Positions 36,940 to 48,912 of a stretch of DNA of 64,000 bases are shown here, one piece after another. The notes under the pieces are model-generated. The model made no database searches and was not told where the DNA came from. It worked only from the letters and a program-made list of their open reading frames with translations. The first letter of the stretch is position 1. Every line of letters begins with the position of its first letter. Both the position numbers and the translations under genes were made by a program. The DNA is from Macrostomum lignano (lineage: Eukaryota). The stretch spans positions 1 through 64,000 of the forward strand of contig NIVC01000131.1 in NCBI GenBank assembly GCA_002269645.1, read 5' to 3'.

Positions 36940-38068
36940 TCTAGGAGCACAACTGTTGAATGTCTTCTTCTAGGAGCGCAACTGGTGAATGTCTTCTAGG
37001 AGCAATACTGTTGAGTGTCTTCTTCTAGGAGCACAACTGTTAAGTGTCTTCTAGGAGCACAACTGTTGAATGTCTTCTTCTAGGAGCGCAACTGGTGAAT
37101 GTCTTCTAGGAGCAATACTGTTGAGTGTCTTCTTCTAGGAGCACAACTGTTGAATGTCTTCTTCTAGGAGCACAACTGTTGAATGTCTTCTTCTAGGAGC
37201 ACAACTGTTAAGTGTCTTCTAGGAGCACAACTGTTAAGTGTCTTCTTCTTAGAGCACAACTGTTGAATGTCTTCTTCTAGGAGCACAACTGTTGAGTGTC
37301 TTCTTCTAGGAGCACAACTGTTAAGTGTCTTCTAGGAGCACAACTGTTGAATGTCTTCTTCTAGGAGCACAGCTGTTGAATGTCTTCTTCTAGGAGCGCA
37401 ACTGGTGAATGTCTTCTAGGAGCAATACTGTTGAGTGTCTTCTTCTAGGAGCACAACTGTTAAGTGTCTTCTAGGAGCACAACTGTTGAATGTCTTCTTC
37501 TAGGAGCACAACTGTTGAATGTCTTCTTCTAGGAGCACAACTGTTGAATGTCTTCTAGGAGCACAACTGTTGAATGTCTTCTTCTAGGAGCACAACTGTT
37601 AAGTGTCTTCTAGGAGCACAACTGTTGAATGTCTTCTTCTAGGAGCACAGCTGTTGAATGTCTTCTTCTAGGAGCGCAACTGGTGAATGTCTTCTAGGAG
37701 CAATACTGTTGAGTGTCTTCTTCTAGGAGCACAACTGTTAAGTGTCTTCTAGGAGCACAACTGTTAAGTGTCTTCTAGGAGCACAACTGTTGAATGTCTT
37801 CTTCTAGGAGCACAACTGTTGAATGTCTTCTTCTAGGAGCACAACTGTTGAATGTCTTCTTCTAGGAGCACAACTGTTGAATGTCTTCTTCTAGGAGCAC
37901 AACTGTTAAGTGTCTTCTAGGAGCACAACTGTTGAGTGTCTTCTTCTAGGAGCACAACTGTTAAGTGTCTTCTAGGAGCACAACTGTTAAGTGTCTTCTT
38001 CTTAGAGCACAACTGTTGAATGTCTTCTTCTAGGAGCAATACTGTTGAGTGTCTTCTTCTAGGAGCAA
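36940..38068. repeat. 26/29-bp minisatellite (CTAGGAGCACAACTGTTGAATGTCTT[CTT])
   Basis: About 40 copies with recurring variant blocks, just 3' of MGME1. Confidence 0.95.
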
Positions 38069-38496
38069 AACTCGAATCTCTTCAGTAGGCAAGAAATTGT
38101 CAGTAGTCTACTAAAAGCAATAATTATCCGAATTGGTAGCTTAAATCTAGCGTTTTTTTGCCTACTTTAATTAAACTTGCTTGGTTAAATGAACTTTATT
38201 AAACTTTTTTCTGCAATTATGAGATTAAATATGCCTGCTTACCTGTCCACTTGCTATATTGCAGTTCATATATATGCATTTGACTGTCGGCAGTTTGCAA
38301 ATTCTAATTAGCTACTATAAGTAGCAATCCGGTGTTCAGCTTATTATTTAACAACATAAATTGAAAATAATAAATGTTTAAGCTTGAACGAACGATTCGA
38401 CAAGAAATATTTTTCGGGTAAAGATTTTCGTTTGCAACAAAAAAAACATTAATTTTTGTCGAAGTTTCTTTTTTATATTCTTGTCCAGATGTGGTA

Positions 38497-38935
38497 GCTG
38501 CCATTCTGTATTTAAGCCTTCAGGTGAGGCAGTTGCCATTCTGTGAGGGTATTTAAGCCTTCAGGTGGGGCAGTTGCCATTCTGTGAGAGTATTTAAGCC
38601 TTCAGGTGAAGCAGTTGCCATTCTGTGAGAGTATTTAAGCCTTCAGGTGAGGCAGTTGCCATTCTGTGAGAGTATTTAAGCCTTCAGGTGAGGCAGTTGC
38701 CATTCTGTGAGAGTATTTAAGCCTTCAGGTGAGGCAGCTGCCATTCTGTGAGAGTATTTAAGCCTTCAGGTGAGGCAGTTGCCATTCTGTGAGGGTATTT
38801 AAGCCTTCATGTGAGGCAGTTGCCATTCTGTGAGGGTATTTAAGCCTTCAGGTGAGGCAGTTGCCATTCTGTGAGAGTATTTAAGCCTTCGGGTGGGGCA
38901 GCTGCCATTCTGTGAGAGTATTTAAGCCTTCGGGT
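38497..38935. repeat. 41-bp minisatellite (TATTTAAGCCTTCAGGTGAGGCAGTTGCCATTCTGTGAGAG)
   Basis: About 10 copies. Confidence 0.95.
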
Positions 38936-39252
38936 GTGTCTGCCACCTGAGTCGTCGGGTTTCTTTACCTGGCAGAAATTTCTCGCTCGCAGCCGGTCTC
39001 CCCCCGAGGCATCGGATTTCTCTGCTGGCAGCGCAGAGAAAGCAGCCAATTCACTGCGAGAGCAGGAGACCCATGTTGCACTAGCACTAATAGTTGCTGG
39101 GGCACGGAGACCCTCTAAACCCAGCTTGTGTGTTGCATTATTAATATAACGGCAGCGTTACCGGCGGCAGAAAATGCAGATTTTCTGCTCCTTTCCGGCC
39201 TTGAGTCAACAGCTATACTGTTTTTTAATATTGGCGCTTGCCGGCTAGCTTA

Positions 39253-39468
39253 ATGCGCAACTCCGACAAGCTGCTCATCTTCCTGTTCTGCTTTGCGGCT
39301 GTGTGGCTGGCCGACACCCCGCCTGGCTCCGGGCTGGCCAGCCTGCCGCTGCTGTACCCGGCCATGATCTGCCTGGCCTGTCTGGCCTGCCACGCTGTCC
39401 GGGCTCGCGGCCACCGGCCGTCCGGCTTGACACGGTCGGGCCTGCTGCTGAGGGAATGCGGCTGCTGA
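39253..39468 (+). CDS. Putative small membrane protein or coding exon
   Basis: MRNSDKLLIFLFCFAAVWLAD..SLPLLYPAMICLACLACHAV..; strong GC3 bias in this frame; two hydrophobic stretches. Confidence 0.3.
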   Translation: MRNSDKLLIFLFCFAAVWLADTPPGSGLASLPLLYPAMICLACLACHAVRARGHRPSGLTRSGLLLRECGC

Positions 39469-39514
39469 TTTGATTGGGCTTGCGAGCTGCACTGCCCGGG
39501 CTGCTGATGATTAT

Positions 39515-40035
39515 CGAGTACTTCTGGTCCTGAATTGTGCCGCTATCACCTGCTTCTGGTCCTGAATTGTGCCTCTACCACCTGCTTCTGGTCCTTAATT
39601 GTGCCTCTACCACCTGCTTCTGGTCCTTAATTGTGCTGCTATCACCTGCTTCTGGTCCTTAATTGTGCCTCTACCACCTGCTTCTGGTCCTTAATTGTGC
39701 CTCTACCACCTGCTTCTGGTCCTTAATTGTGCCTCTACCACCTGCTTCTGTTCCTTAATTGTGCTGCTATCACCTGCTTCTGGTCCTTAATTGTGCCTCT
39801 ACCACCTGCTTCTGGTCCTTAATTGTGCCTCTACCACCTGCTTCTGGTCCTTAATTGTGCTGCTATCACCTGCTTCTGGTCCTTAATTGTGCCTCTACCA
39901 CCTGCTTCTGGTCCTTAATTGTGCCTCTACCACCTGCTTCTGGTCCTTAATTGTGCTGCTATCACCTGCTTCTGGTCCTTAATTGTGCCTCTACCACCTG
40001 CTTCTGGTCCTTAATTGTGCTGCTATCACCTGCTT
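39515..40035. repeat. ~32-bp minisatellite (CCACCTGCTTCTGGTCCTTAATTGTGCCTCTA)
   Basis: About 16 copies in two alternating variants. Confidence 0.95.
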
Positions 40036-40857
40036 TCTGTTTAATATACGTGCTTATTATTGTAAACATTCGAATCGCGGAAAAATATCGATAACTCAAT
40101 GTTGTGAATAAATGTGAAAATAAACCGAAATTTCTTGCAAATTGAAGTATTATAATAGAATCGAAACGTTCTATTTATTCATCTCTCGTAATTGATTTAT
40201 GCCATAATTGATGGCTCGGCAGACTCGGTTGCACTAAACAGCTTGCACTGTCATCTCGTTAGAGTCCGTGCATCCATGGCCAAACCTGTCGCCATCCATC
40301 TCGTCTCCTGGGAGACCCTCCTGGCCGGCAGTAGGCACCGCTAACTCAATCCCATCCCCTACGACAGTCTCCCAGGGGAAATCCAGCCAAGTGCAGAGTT
40401 TTCTGCTTGGCTAATACCAGTTCCATACCAGCTGACTGTCTGTCTGTCCGTGAACTCCCTGTCGTCTAAGCAATCATGCTGGTTTCTCTCTTCTGCAGCA
40501 CGCGGTCCCTGCATCAAACATGTTTCCCATTTTTTCGGAACTGCGGAAATTCGTCAGTATATAAAATTGCCAGTTTTTGGGAAGAGAATTTCAGGGAGCC
40601 GATACAAGCAGCAAATTGATGGCGATATTCATGGCTGCTGCTGCTGCTGCTGCGGGACCTGCTTATCTTGGATTTGCAGGCCCTGGCGGGGGGACCAGTT
40701 TCTTCCCAGGCTGATTTGGTTTGCCACTTCTGTCTGATGGAGAGCTTGAGTAGCACCGAGATGAAAGTCTGGCGTGTACTTTGCTTGCTTACTGGATAAT
40801 GGGATTGGGCATTGGCTTATTGGATCTTATGGCTGACTGTCACCTCCTTGGTCTGCT

Positions 40858-41375
40858 GCTATCCACTCTCTGATCCGCCACTATCCACTCTCTGATCCGC
40901 CACTATCCACTCTCTGATCCGCCACTATCCACTCTCTGATCCGCCACTATCCACTCTCTGATCCGCCACTATCCACTCTCTGATCCGCCACTATCCACTC
41001 TCTGATCCGCCACTATCCACTCTCTGATCCGCCACTATCCACTCTCTGATCCACCACTATCCACTCTCTGATCCACCACTATCCACTCTCTGATCCGCCA
41101 CTATCCACTCTCTGATCCGCCACTATTCACTCTCTGATCCGCCACTATCCACTCTCTGATCCGCCACTATCCACTCTCTGATCCGCCACTATCCACTCTG
41201 ATCCGCCACTATCCACTCTCTGATCCGCCACTATTCACTCTCTGATCCACCACTATCCACTCTCTGATCCGCCACTATCCACTCTGATCCGCCACTATCC
41301 ACTCTGATCCGCCACTATCCACTCTCTGATCCACCACTATCCACTCTCTGATCCGCCACTATCCACTCTCTGACC
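40858..41375. repeat. 22-bp minisatellite (CTATCCACTCTCTGATCCGCCA)
   Basis: About 23 copies. Confidence 0.95.
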
Positions 41376-42505
41376 CCCACTTTCCTGGCTGGACGCTTAT
41401 AAGTGGCAATATTTTCGATCCATCACTTGCCACAATTTGTTCACTAGCATCCAGAACCATTATTAGTTGCTAAAATACGTCTGTTTGATCTGTATGACAG
41501 GCAGAAGAGACACACCGTGATCTCTCAGACTCAGCCCCACTTCCACAGCCTCTACGAGTCGTACACAGTTGGCCAGTTCCAATCTGCTCTGTCAATTGTG
41601 TGCGCACTGTAGCCCTGCGTAGCCCTATTGCTTAATAGGGCAGCACGGCAAGAGTGAGAGAGGGGAGGAGAGAGGGAGAGCGCAGATGCCTCTGAGGCTT
41701 AGCTGCTAGTGTGTGTGAGAGAGAGCCCAGAGTGAAGGAGGGTTGGTGGGAGAAGTGGGGAGAATGGAGCAGCTCCAGGGCTAGGCCAAAAGTCTAAAAT
41801 TAGAGGCCTCAATAGCTCCTTGTGTTTCTTGGTCCGCCTCTGGCCTCCGGACACATCGACCCCGCCGGCCTGCAGAGCCGCCCTCCCCTACGCTGCACTC
41901 ATCCCCCCAGCGGACTGCCAGCCGCATTTCCTATTCTCCTAAATCCTCCCAAATCCCCCCTAGTGAAAAAACTAGAAAGAGAGTTCTCTTCCTCCCAGCC
42001 AACCGTTTCCAACTCAGCTCCCAGAGCTGCAGGCGCTGGTGGGGGAGGGCCAGGAATGGGAAGAGCCAAGCTTGTTTCCCTCATCCCCTCCGACCCTCCT
42101 ACAGGCTCGCGGGGTTGGCAGACTGGAGGTGGTGGGAGCGGAGGCCCCTTCAGTATCGATCCGCTCTTGCTGGATCCCGCGGGTTGCCGGGGGCAACTGA
42201 GCAGCGGAATTGAGGTTGGCGCTGCTGCTGGTGGTCAGGACCGAAGGGTGGGGCGGGGAGGGGATGCGGCAGCGGAGAGGGGCAGATGGCGCTGGCGGGG
42301 TGGAGGGTGAGGGCGGCGGGGGAATCGGCAATCGATTTGCTTGGGCCGCGCGCGGTGACCACCGGAGTCCGCAGCTCGGCCGGGCTTTTACGTTAAATAT
42401 TGGCCCAACTGCCGCATCCCCCCCCAGCTCAGCCCCGATCCCAGATCTCAGCGGAGCAAAAACCCCCTGCCAGCGAGCGATTCCGCATACCCGAACCATA
42501 AGGCG

Positions 42506-43756
42506 ATGACCAAGGAGACGGCGGGCAAGCCGGCAGACGGCGATGACGGCACGACTCCCAGCGGAGGCGGCGAAGGCACGCCGGGCTCCACAGAGAAGAG
42601 CAACAGTGAGAAGGCGCTGAAGCAGGCGAATGTAGCGCTGGACTTCCTATCGGAGAAGATGCACATGTCGAAGGCGGCCGTGGTGGCCATCCTGGTGGGC
42701 GCGGCGCTGCTTGTGCTGCTCATTCTGTTCTGCATTTGCCGCCGCTGCATCTGCAAAGGCAAGAAGAAGGGCGGCAAAGACGGCAAGAAGGGCAAAGGCG
42801 CGGTGGACATGAAGAATGTGCAGCTGCTTGGCGGCGAGCTCGGCAAAGAGAAAGTGCAGCCGGACATGGAGGAGCTGGCCGACGCGATGGAGGACAACGA
42901 AGGAGCCGAGGAGAAGGAGGCGGAGAAGCTGGGCAAGCTGCAGTACTCGCTGGACTACGACTTCCAGAAGGGCGAGCTGTCCGTGGGCGTCATCCAAGCC
43001 GCGGACCTGCCGGCCATGGACATGGGCGGCACCTCAGACCCCTACGTGAAGACGTACATCCTGCCGGACAAGAAGAAGAAATTCGAGACCAAGGTGCACC
43101 GCAAGACGCTCAACCCGGTGTTCAACGAGACCTTCGTCTTCAAGGTGCCGTACGCCGACGTGCCCTCGAAGACGCTGGTGTTTGCCATCTACGACTTCGA
43201 CAGATTCTCCAAGCACGACCAGATCGGCCTGATCAAGCTGCCCCTCGGCTGCATGGACCTCGCCCGCGTCATCGAAGAGTGGAAAGACGTCGATCCGCCG
43301 GAGAGCGAGGACGACAAGAGCAACAAGCTCGGCGACATCTGCTTCTCGCTGCGTTACGTGCCCACGGCCGGCAAGCTGACCATCGTGATCCTGGAGGCCA
43401 AGAACCTCAAGAAGATGGACGTCGGCGGCCTGTCGGATCCGTACGTCAAACTGTCGCTGATGATGAACGGCAAGCGGTTGAAGAAGAAGAAGACCACTAT
43501 TAAGAAGTGCACGTTGAACCCTTATTATAACGAGTCGTTCACCTTCGAAGTTCCGTTCGAGCAGATCCAGAAGGTGACGCTCATCGTCACGGTGGTTGAC
43601 TACGACCGCATCGGCACCAGCGAGCCGATTGGCCGCGTCGTGCTGGGCTGCACGGCCACGCAGGCCGAGCTGCGCCATTGGTCGGACATGCTGGCCAATC
43701 CCAGGCGGCCCATCGCCCAGTGGCACACGCTGCAGGAGATGCCGGAGAAGTCCTGA
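42506..43756 (+). CDS. SYT1: Synaptotagmin-1 (single TM plus tandem C2A/C2B), intronless
   Basis: 416-aa [27 protein letters not shown]; C2[29 protein letters not shown]; C2[28 protein letters not shown]; C-terminal [11 protein letters not shown]. Confidence 0.97.
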   Translation: MTKETAGKPADGDDGTTPSGGGEGTPGSTEKSNSEKALKQANVALDFLSEKMHMSKAAVVAILVGAALLVLLILFCICRRCICKGKKKGGKDGKKGKGAVDMKNVQLLGGELGKEKVQPDMEELADAMEDNEGAEEKEAEKLGKLQYSLDYDFQKGELSVGVIQAADLPAMDMGGTSDPYVKTYILPDKKKKFETKVHRKTLNPVFNETFVFKVPYADVPSKTLVFAIYDFDRFSKHDQIGLIKLPLGCMDLARVIEEWKDVDPPESEDDKSNKLGDICFSLRYVPTAGKLTIVILEAKNLKKMDVGGLSDPYVKLSLMMNGKRLKKKKTTIKKCTLNPYYNESFTFEVPFEQIQKVTLIVTVVDYDRIGTSEPIGRVVLGCTATQAELRHWSDMLANPRRPIAQWHTLQEMPEKS

Positions 43757-43861
43757 ACCCCCTGGCTGGAACTCCGCGACCGCGACGAACTGTGAAAAGT
43801 TCTTGGAAATTTGGGGACAGCAATGGATTGTTGTGGGCGCAGCTGAAATGACGCCTCTGTG

Positions 43862-44730
43862 ATTTCCAAACAGGTTCCGGTGGGTTTCCAAACAGGTTCC
43901 GGTGGGTTTCCAAACAGGTTCCGGTGGGTTTCCAAACAGGTTCTGGTGGGTTTCCAAACAGGTTCCGGTGGGTTTCCAAACAGGTTCCGGTGGGTTTCCA
44001 AACAGGTTCCAATCGGGTTTCCAAACAGGTTCCAATCGGGTTTCCAAACAGGTTCCAATCGGGTTTCCAAACAGGTTCCAATCGGATTTCCAAACAGGTT
44101 CCAATCGGGTTTCCAAACAGGTTCCAATCGGGTTTCCAAACAGGTTCTGGTGGGTTTCCAAACAGGTTCCGGTGGGTTTCCAAACAGGTTCCGGTGGGTT
44201 TCCAAACAGGTTCCGGTGGGTTTCCAAACAGGTTCCGGTGGGTTTCCAAACAGGTTCCAATCGGGTTTCCAAACAGGTTCCAATCGGGTTTCCAAACAGG
44301 TTCCAATCGGGTTTCCAAGCAGGTTCCAATCGGGTTTCCAAACAGGTTTCAATCGGGTTTCCAAACAGGTTCCAATCGGGTTTCCAAACAGGTTCCAATC
44401 GGGTTTCCAAACAGGTTTCAATCGGGTTTCCAAACAGGTTTCAATCGGGTTTCCAAACAGGTTCCAATCGGGTTTCCAAACAGGTTCCAATCGGGTTTCC
44501 AAACAGGTTCCAATCGGGTTTCCAAACAGGTTCCAATCGGGTTTCCAAACAGGTTCCAATCGGGTTTCCAAACAGGTTCCAATCGGGTTTCCAAACAGGT
44601 TCCAATCGGGTTTCCAAACAGGTTCCAATCGGGTTTCCAAACAGGTTCCAATCGGGTTTCCAAACAGGTTCCAATCGGGTTTCCAAACAGATTCCGGTGG
44701 GTTTCCAAGCAGGTTCCAATCGGATTTCCA
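43862..44730. repeat. 22/23-bp minisatellite (GGGTTTCCAAACAGGTTCC[GGT/AATC])
   Basis: About 38 copies starting ~105 bp after the Syt1 stop codon. Confidence 0.96.
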
Positions 44731-46244
44731 ATGGTATCTGTTAAAAATTCGAACCCCGGATGCAGAAAAAAGGTTATTTGTACTCCTTTGAAACAAATTT
44801 TCAAACAATATTTTCTGAATCCTCGATTTCCTTTGTTGCAAATATTGGTGGAAATATTTCATTCTCCATAATGCTCGCAATGTCATCCAGCGTTTTTTTT
44901 TAACTAAAAAGCGAAAACCAGGTGGTTGGCACATCATTGAAGTTGTTGTTCTTATTGATAGTCACTCGAACTTCAATTATTAATCTGCTGGTTGTCAAGC
45001 AATTTTTCTGCTTACGGCTCATTCCTTGTCACCATCCGGATTTTTGCACTTTCTCCAACTCTTCGTTTCCCTTTTTGTTGTATTAAAAGCAGGTTTTATC
45101 CCGCCTCATAAGTCATAAAAGCGTCATAAAAACAGTGTTAATTTCTGCTTGACCGATCACTTCCTGGCTGAACTCAGATTGCAATCTCAAACTCAGCCGT
45201 GGAGTACCAATGCAAGAGTCTGGAGTGGAAACGTTTTGTGCGACAGTGCGAGTGTTAAACCGTGAAATCTCATGTAAAGCTTTTACTGGCCACTGGAAGC
45301 AGGTTGTCTGTCAGTTCTGCCATTCGAACCGATTTTCCTGTTGTAAAACTGCGACACTTCGAGCCAACGAATAATTTCTCGAGCATCGAAAAAGTTTTTT
45401 AATGCGCTAGTTTACTGTTAGTAGACGAAAAGCGCATGTCGATCTCTATTTATCTGATATTTTTTATGGGCCGGTTGAAATTTTGTCATCAAAAAGCATC
45501 GAAAACTTTTACAATATCCTTTTAAAGCACATTTGGTTGCAAGGAAAGCATTGCTGACGATATCTCATCTATGTGTAGTCCATTGCTCAGCGTCAATTGA
45601 ACCATTTTTTCATTTGCGTATTTTTCTTCTTTTCTGTCTTTTCTCTTTTAATTTTTTCGCATTGTATTCTTCGTCCCCGTACATGGGTCCCGTTTAATGA
45701 CAATAAAGCAACTTTATTCTTCCGTTAGTACCGAGATTAGACAGTTTTTTTTCTTTGAAAGCGCACTTTGTTCTCCCTCTTTCCTCTAATTGCCTTAATC
45801 CAAGAACTATTTTTAGCATGCACATACAACGAACTGGAAAAACTATAACTGTTCTTTATTTAAATCAGTGCGAGATATTGCTATTATTATTATTATTATT
45901 ATTATTGTTATTTTCGATTATTAATTATAGCAACTATATGCACCAGTTATGTCACAGAGTTCCTCTTTATCTCTTCCTCTTTAATATTCTGAACTGATAA
46001 AAATTATGATTTAGCACTCTCTGGGCCTCAGAGCCTCAGATACAGTCATCTGACTGTAGAATTATGTACCTCCGCGACTCCGTTTGCTGTAGTCATGTCT
46101 GTCACAGACTGTAATTTGAACTGCCTTTTTATTTACTTCTGGCTTGTAGGCAAAGTTTTTGTTAAAACGCAGAAGGGGTGGCACTGCAAGTCTCTGCGGC
46201 TAAGTCAAGCAGCCCAGTATATACGTTGCAGAGTTGCAGGCCAA

Positions 46245-48400
46245 TAAAACATGGGGTGGCAGCCCAATAAACAGGGAGGGGTTGGCAGCCCAATAAACAG
46301 GGAGGGGTTGGCAGCCCAATAAACAGGGAGGGGTTGGCAGCCCAATAAACAGGGAGGGGTTGGCAGCCCAATCAAACCGGGAGGGGCTGGCAGCCCAATA
46401 AAACCGGGAGGGGTTGGCAGCCCAATAAAACCGGGAGGGGTTGGCAGCCCAATGATACCAAGAGGGGTTGGCAGCCCAATCAAACCGGGAGGGGCTGGCA
46501 GCCCAATAAAACCGGGAGGGGTTGGCAGCCCAATAAAACCGGGAGGGGTTGGCAGCCCAATGATACCAAGAGGGGCTGGCAGCCCAATAAAACCGGGAGG
46601 GGTTGGCAGCCCAATGATACCAAGAGGGGTTGGCAGCCCAATAAAACCGGGAGGGGTTGGCAGCCCAATAAAACCAAGAGGGGTTGGCAGCCCAATAAAA
46701 CCGGGAGGGGTTGGCAGCCCAATAAAACCGGGAGGGGTTGGCAGCCCAATGATACCAAGAGGGGCTGGCAGCCCAATGATACCAAGAGGGGCTGGCAGCC
46801 CAATAAAACCGGGAGGGGTTGGCAGCCCAATGATACCAAGAAGGGGTTTGCAGCCCAATAAAACCAAGAGGGGTTGGCAGCTCCATAAAACAAAGAGGGG
46901 TTTGCAGTCTAATAAAACCGGCAGGGGTTTGCAGCCTAATAAAAACAAGAGGGGTTTGCAGCCCAATAAAACCAAGAGGGGTTTGCAGCCCAATAAAACC
47001 AAGAGGGGTTTGCAGCCTAATAAAACCAAGAGGGGTTTGCAGCCCAATAAAACCGGGAGGGGTTGGCAGCCCAATGATACCAAGAGGGGCTGGCAGCCCA
47101 ATGATACCAAGAGGGGCTGGCAGCCCAATAAAACCGGGAGGGGTTGGCAGCCCAATGATACCAAGAAGGGGTTTGCAGCCCAATAAAACCAAGAGGGGTT
47201 GGCAGCTCCATAAAACAAAGAGGGGTTTGCAGTCTAATAAAACCGGCAGGGGTTTGCAGCCTAATAAAAACAAGAGGGGTTTGCAGCCCAATAAAACCAA
47301 GAGGGGTTTGCAGCCCAATAAAACCAAGAGGGGTTTGCAGCCCAATAAAACCAAGAGGGGTTTGCAGCCCAATAAAACCAAGAGGGGTTTGCAGCCTAAT
47401 AAAACCAAGAGGGGTTTGCAGCCCAATAAAACCAAGAGGGGTTTGCAGCCCAATAAAACCAAGAGGGGTTTGCAGCCCAATAAAACCAAGAGGGGTTTGC
47501 AGCCCAATAAAACCAAGAGGGGTTGGCAGCCCAATAAAACCAAGAGGGGTTTGCAGCCCAATAAAACCAAGAGGGGTTTGCAGCCCAATAAAACCAAGAG
47601 GGGTTTGCAGCCCAATAAAACCAAGAGGGGTTTGCAGCCCAATAAAACCAAGAGGGGTTTGCAGCCCAATAAAACCAAGAGGGGTTTGCAGCCCAATAAA
47701 ACCGGGAGGGGTTGGCAGCCCAATGATACCAAGAGGGGTTTGCAGCCCAATAAAACCAAGAGGGGTTGGCAGCTCCATAAAACAAAGAGGGGTTTGCAGC
47801 CTAATAAAACCGGCAGGGGTTTGCAGCCTAATAAAACCAAGAGGGGTTGGCAGCCCAATAAAACCAAGAGGGGTTTGCAGCCCAATAAAACCGGGAGGGG
47901 TTGGCAGCCCAATGATACCAAGAGGGGCTGGCAGCCCAATAAAACCAAGAGGGGTTGGCAGCCCAATAAAACCAAGAGGGGTTGGCAGCCCAATAAAACC
48001 AAGAGGGGTTTGCAGCCCAATAAAACCAAGAGGGGTTTGCAGCCCAATAAAACCAAGAGGGGTTGGCAGCCCAATAAAACCAAGAGGGGTTTGCAGCCCA
48101 ATAAAACCAAGAGGGGTTTGCAGCCCAATAAAACCAAGAGGGGTTTGCAGCCTAATAAAACCGGCAGGGGTTTGCAGCCTAATAAAACCAAGAGGGGTTT
48201 GCAGCCCAATAAAACCAAGAGGGGTTTGCAGCCCAATGATACCAAGAGGGGCTGGCAGCCCAATAAAACCAAGAGGGGTTTGCAGCCTAATAAAACCAAG
48301 AGGGGTTTGCAGCCTAATAAAACCAAGAGGGGTTTGCAGCCTAATAAAACCGAGAGGGGTTTGCAGCCCAATAAAACCAAGAAGGGTTGGCAGCCCAACT
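46245..48400. repeat. 27-bp satellite (GCAGCCCAATAAAACCAAGAGGGGTTT) with higher-order blocks
   Basis: About 80 copies; diagnostic variant GCAGCTCCATAAAACAAAG recurs at ~46878, ~47204 and ~47770. Confidence 0.96.
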
Positions 48401-48912
48401 GAACAGCAAAGGGTGACAGTCCAAAAAGCTGGGGGAGGACTCCAAACTTACTTTCTCATTGATTCAAGCCAATACTAGATATCTCAGTGGCTCCACAGCC
48501 CCATCTGTTAGCAATAAATTGCACATTTCAATCCCAGCCATCCAGAAGGCCGTTTTGAAAATTGTACACGTAATTTCTCCTTTGTTTTATTCGAGAGAAA
48601 ATAAAATTGTGAAAATGAATTAGGCAAAAAGTTGAACTCACTGCAGGGCAACATCGCAAATGAAAGCGAGGGCATCGCTGTTAAAGCGTTCTCTGGGTTT
48701 GCTATTCTTTTGTTTCTGAGATTATTAGCCCAGCTTTAAAAAAGTTGCTCTCTGAGCATAGGGGAGAATGGAGATGGAGGCGTATCGAGCTGCAAAACAA
48801 GGCGGACACACACGAAAAGCGACTCAAAAAAGTAAATTCAACATCGGGACTTTGAAAAAAATTGCAACAACTCAAAAAGTCTATTTCGATTGTTTCAATC
48901 TCATTCAGTGCT

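Noticed and set aside
35765-41375. CRISPR-like appearance of the 29-41 bp repeat arrays
   Set aside because: Units are contiguous with no unique spacers, there are no cas genes, and the context is eukaryotic.
42647-43862. Alternative-frame and antisense ORFs over Syt1, the transposases and the LINEs
   Set aside because: Shadow ORFs caused by high GC3 in the true coding frame.
44740-45700. AT-rich stretch with short coding-like segments on the minus strand
   Set aside because: Frequent stop codons and no identifiable motif.
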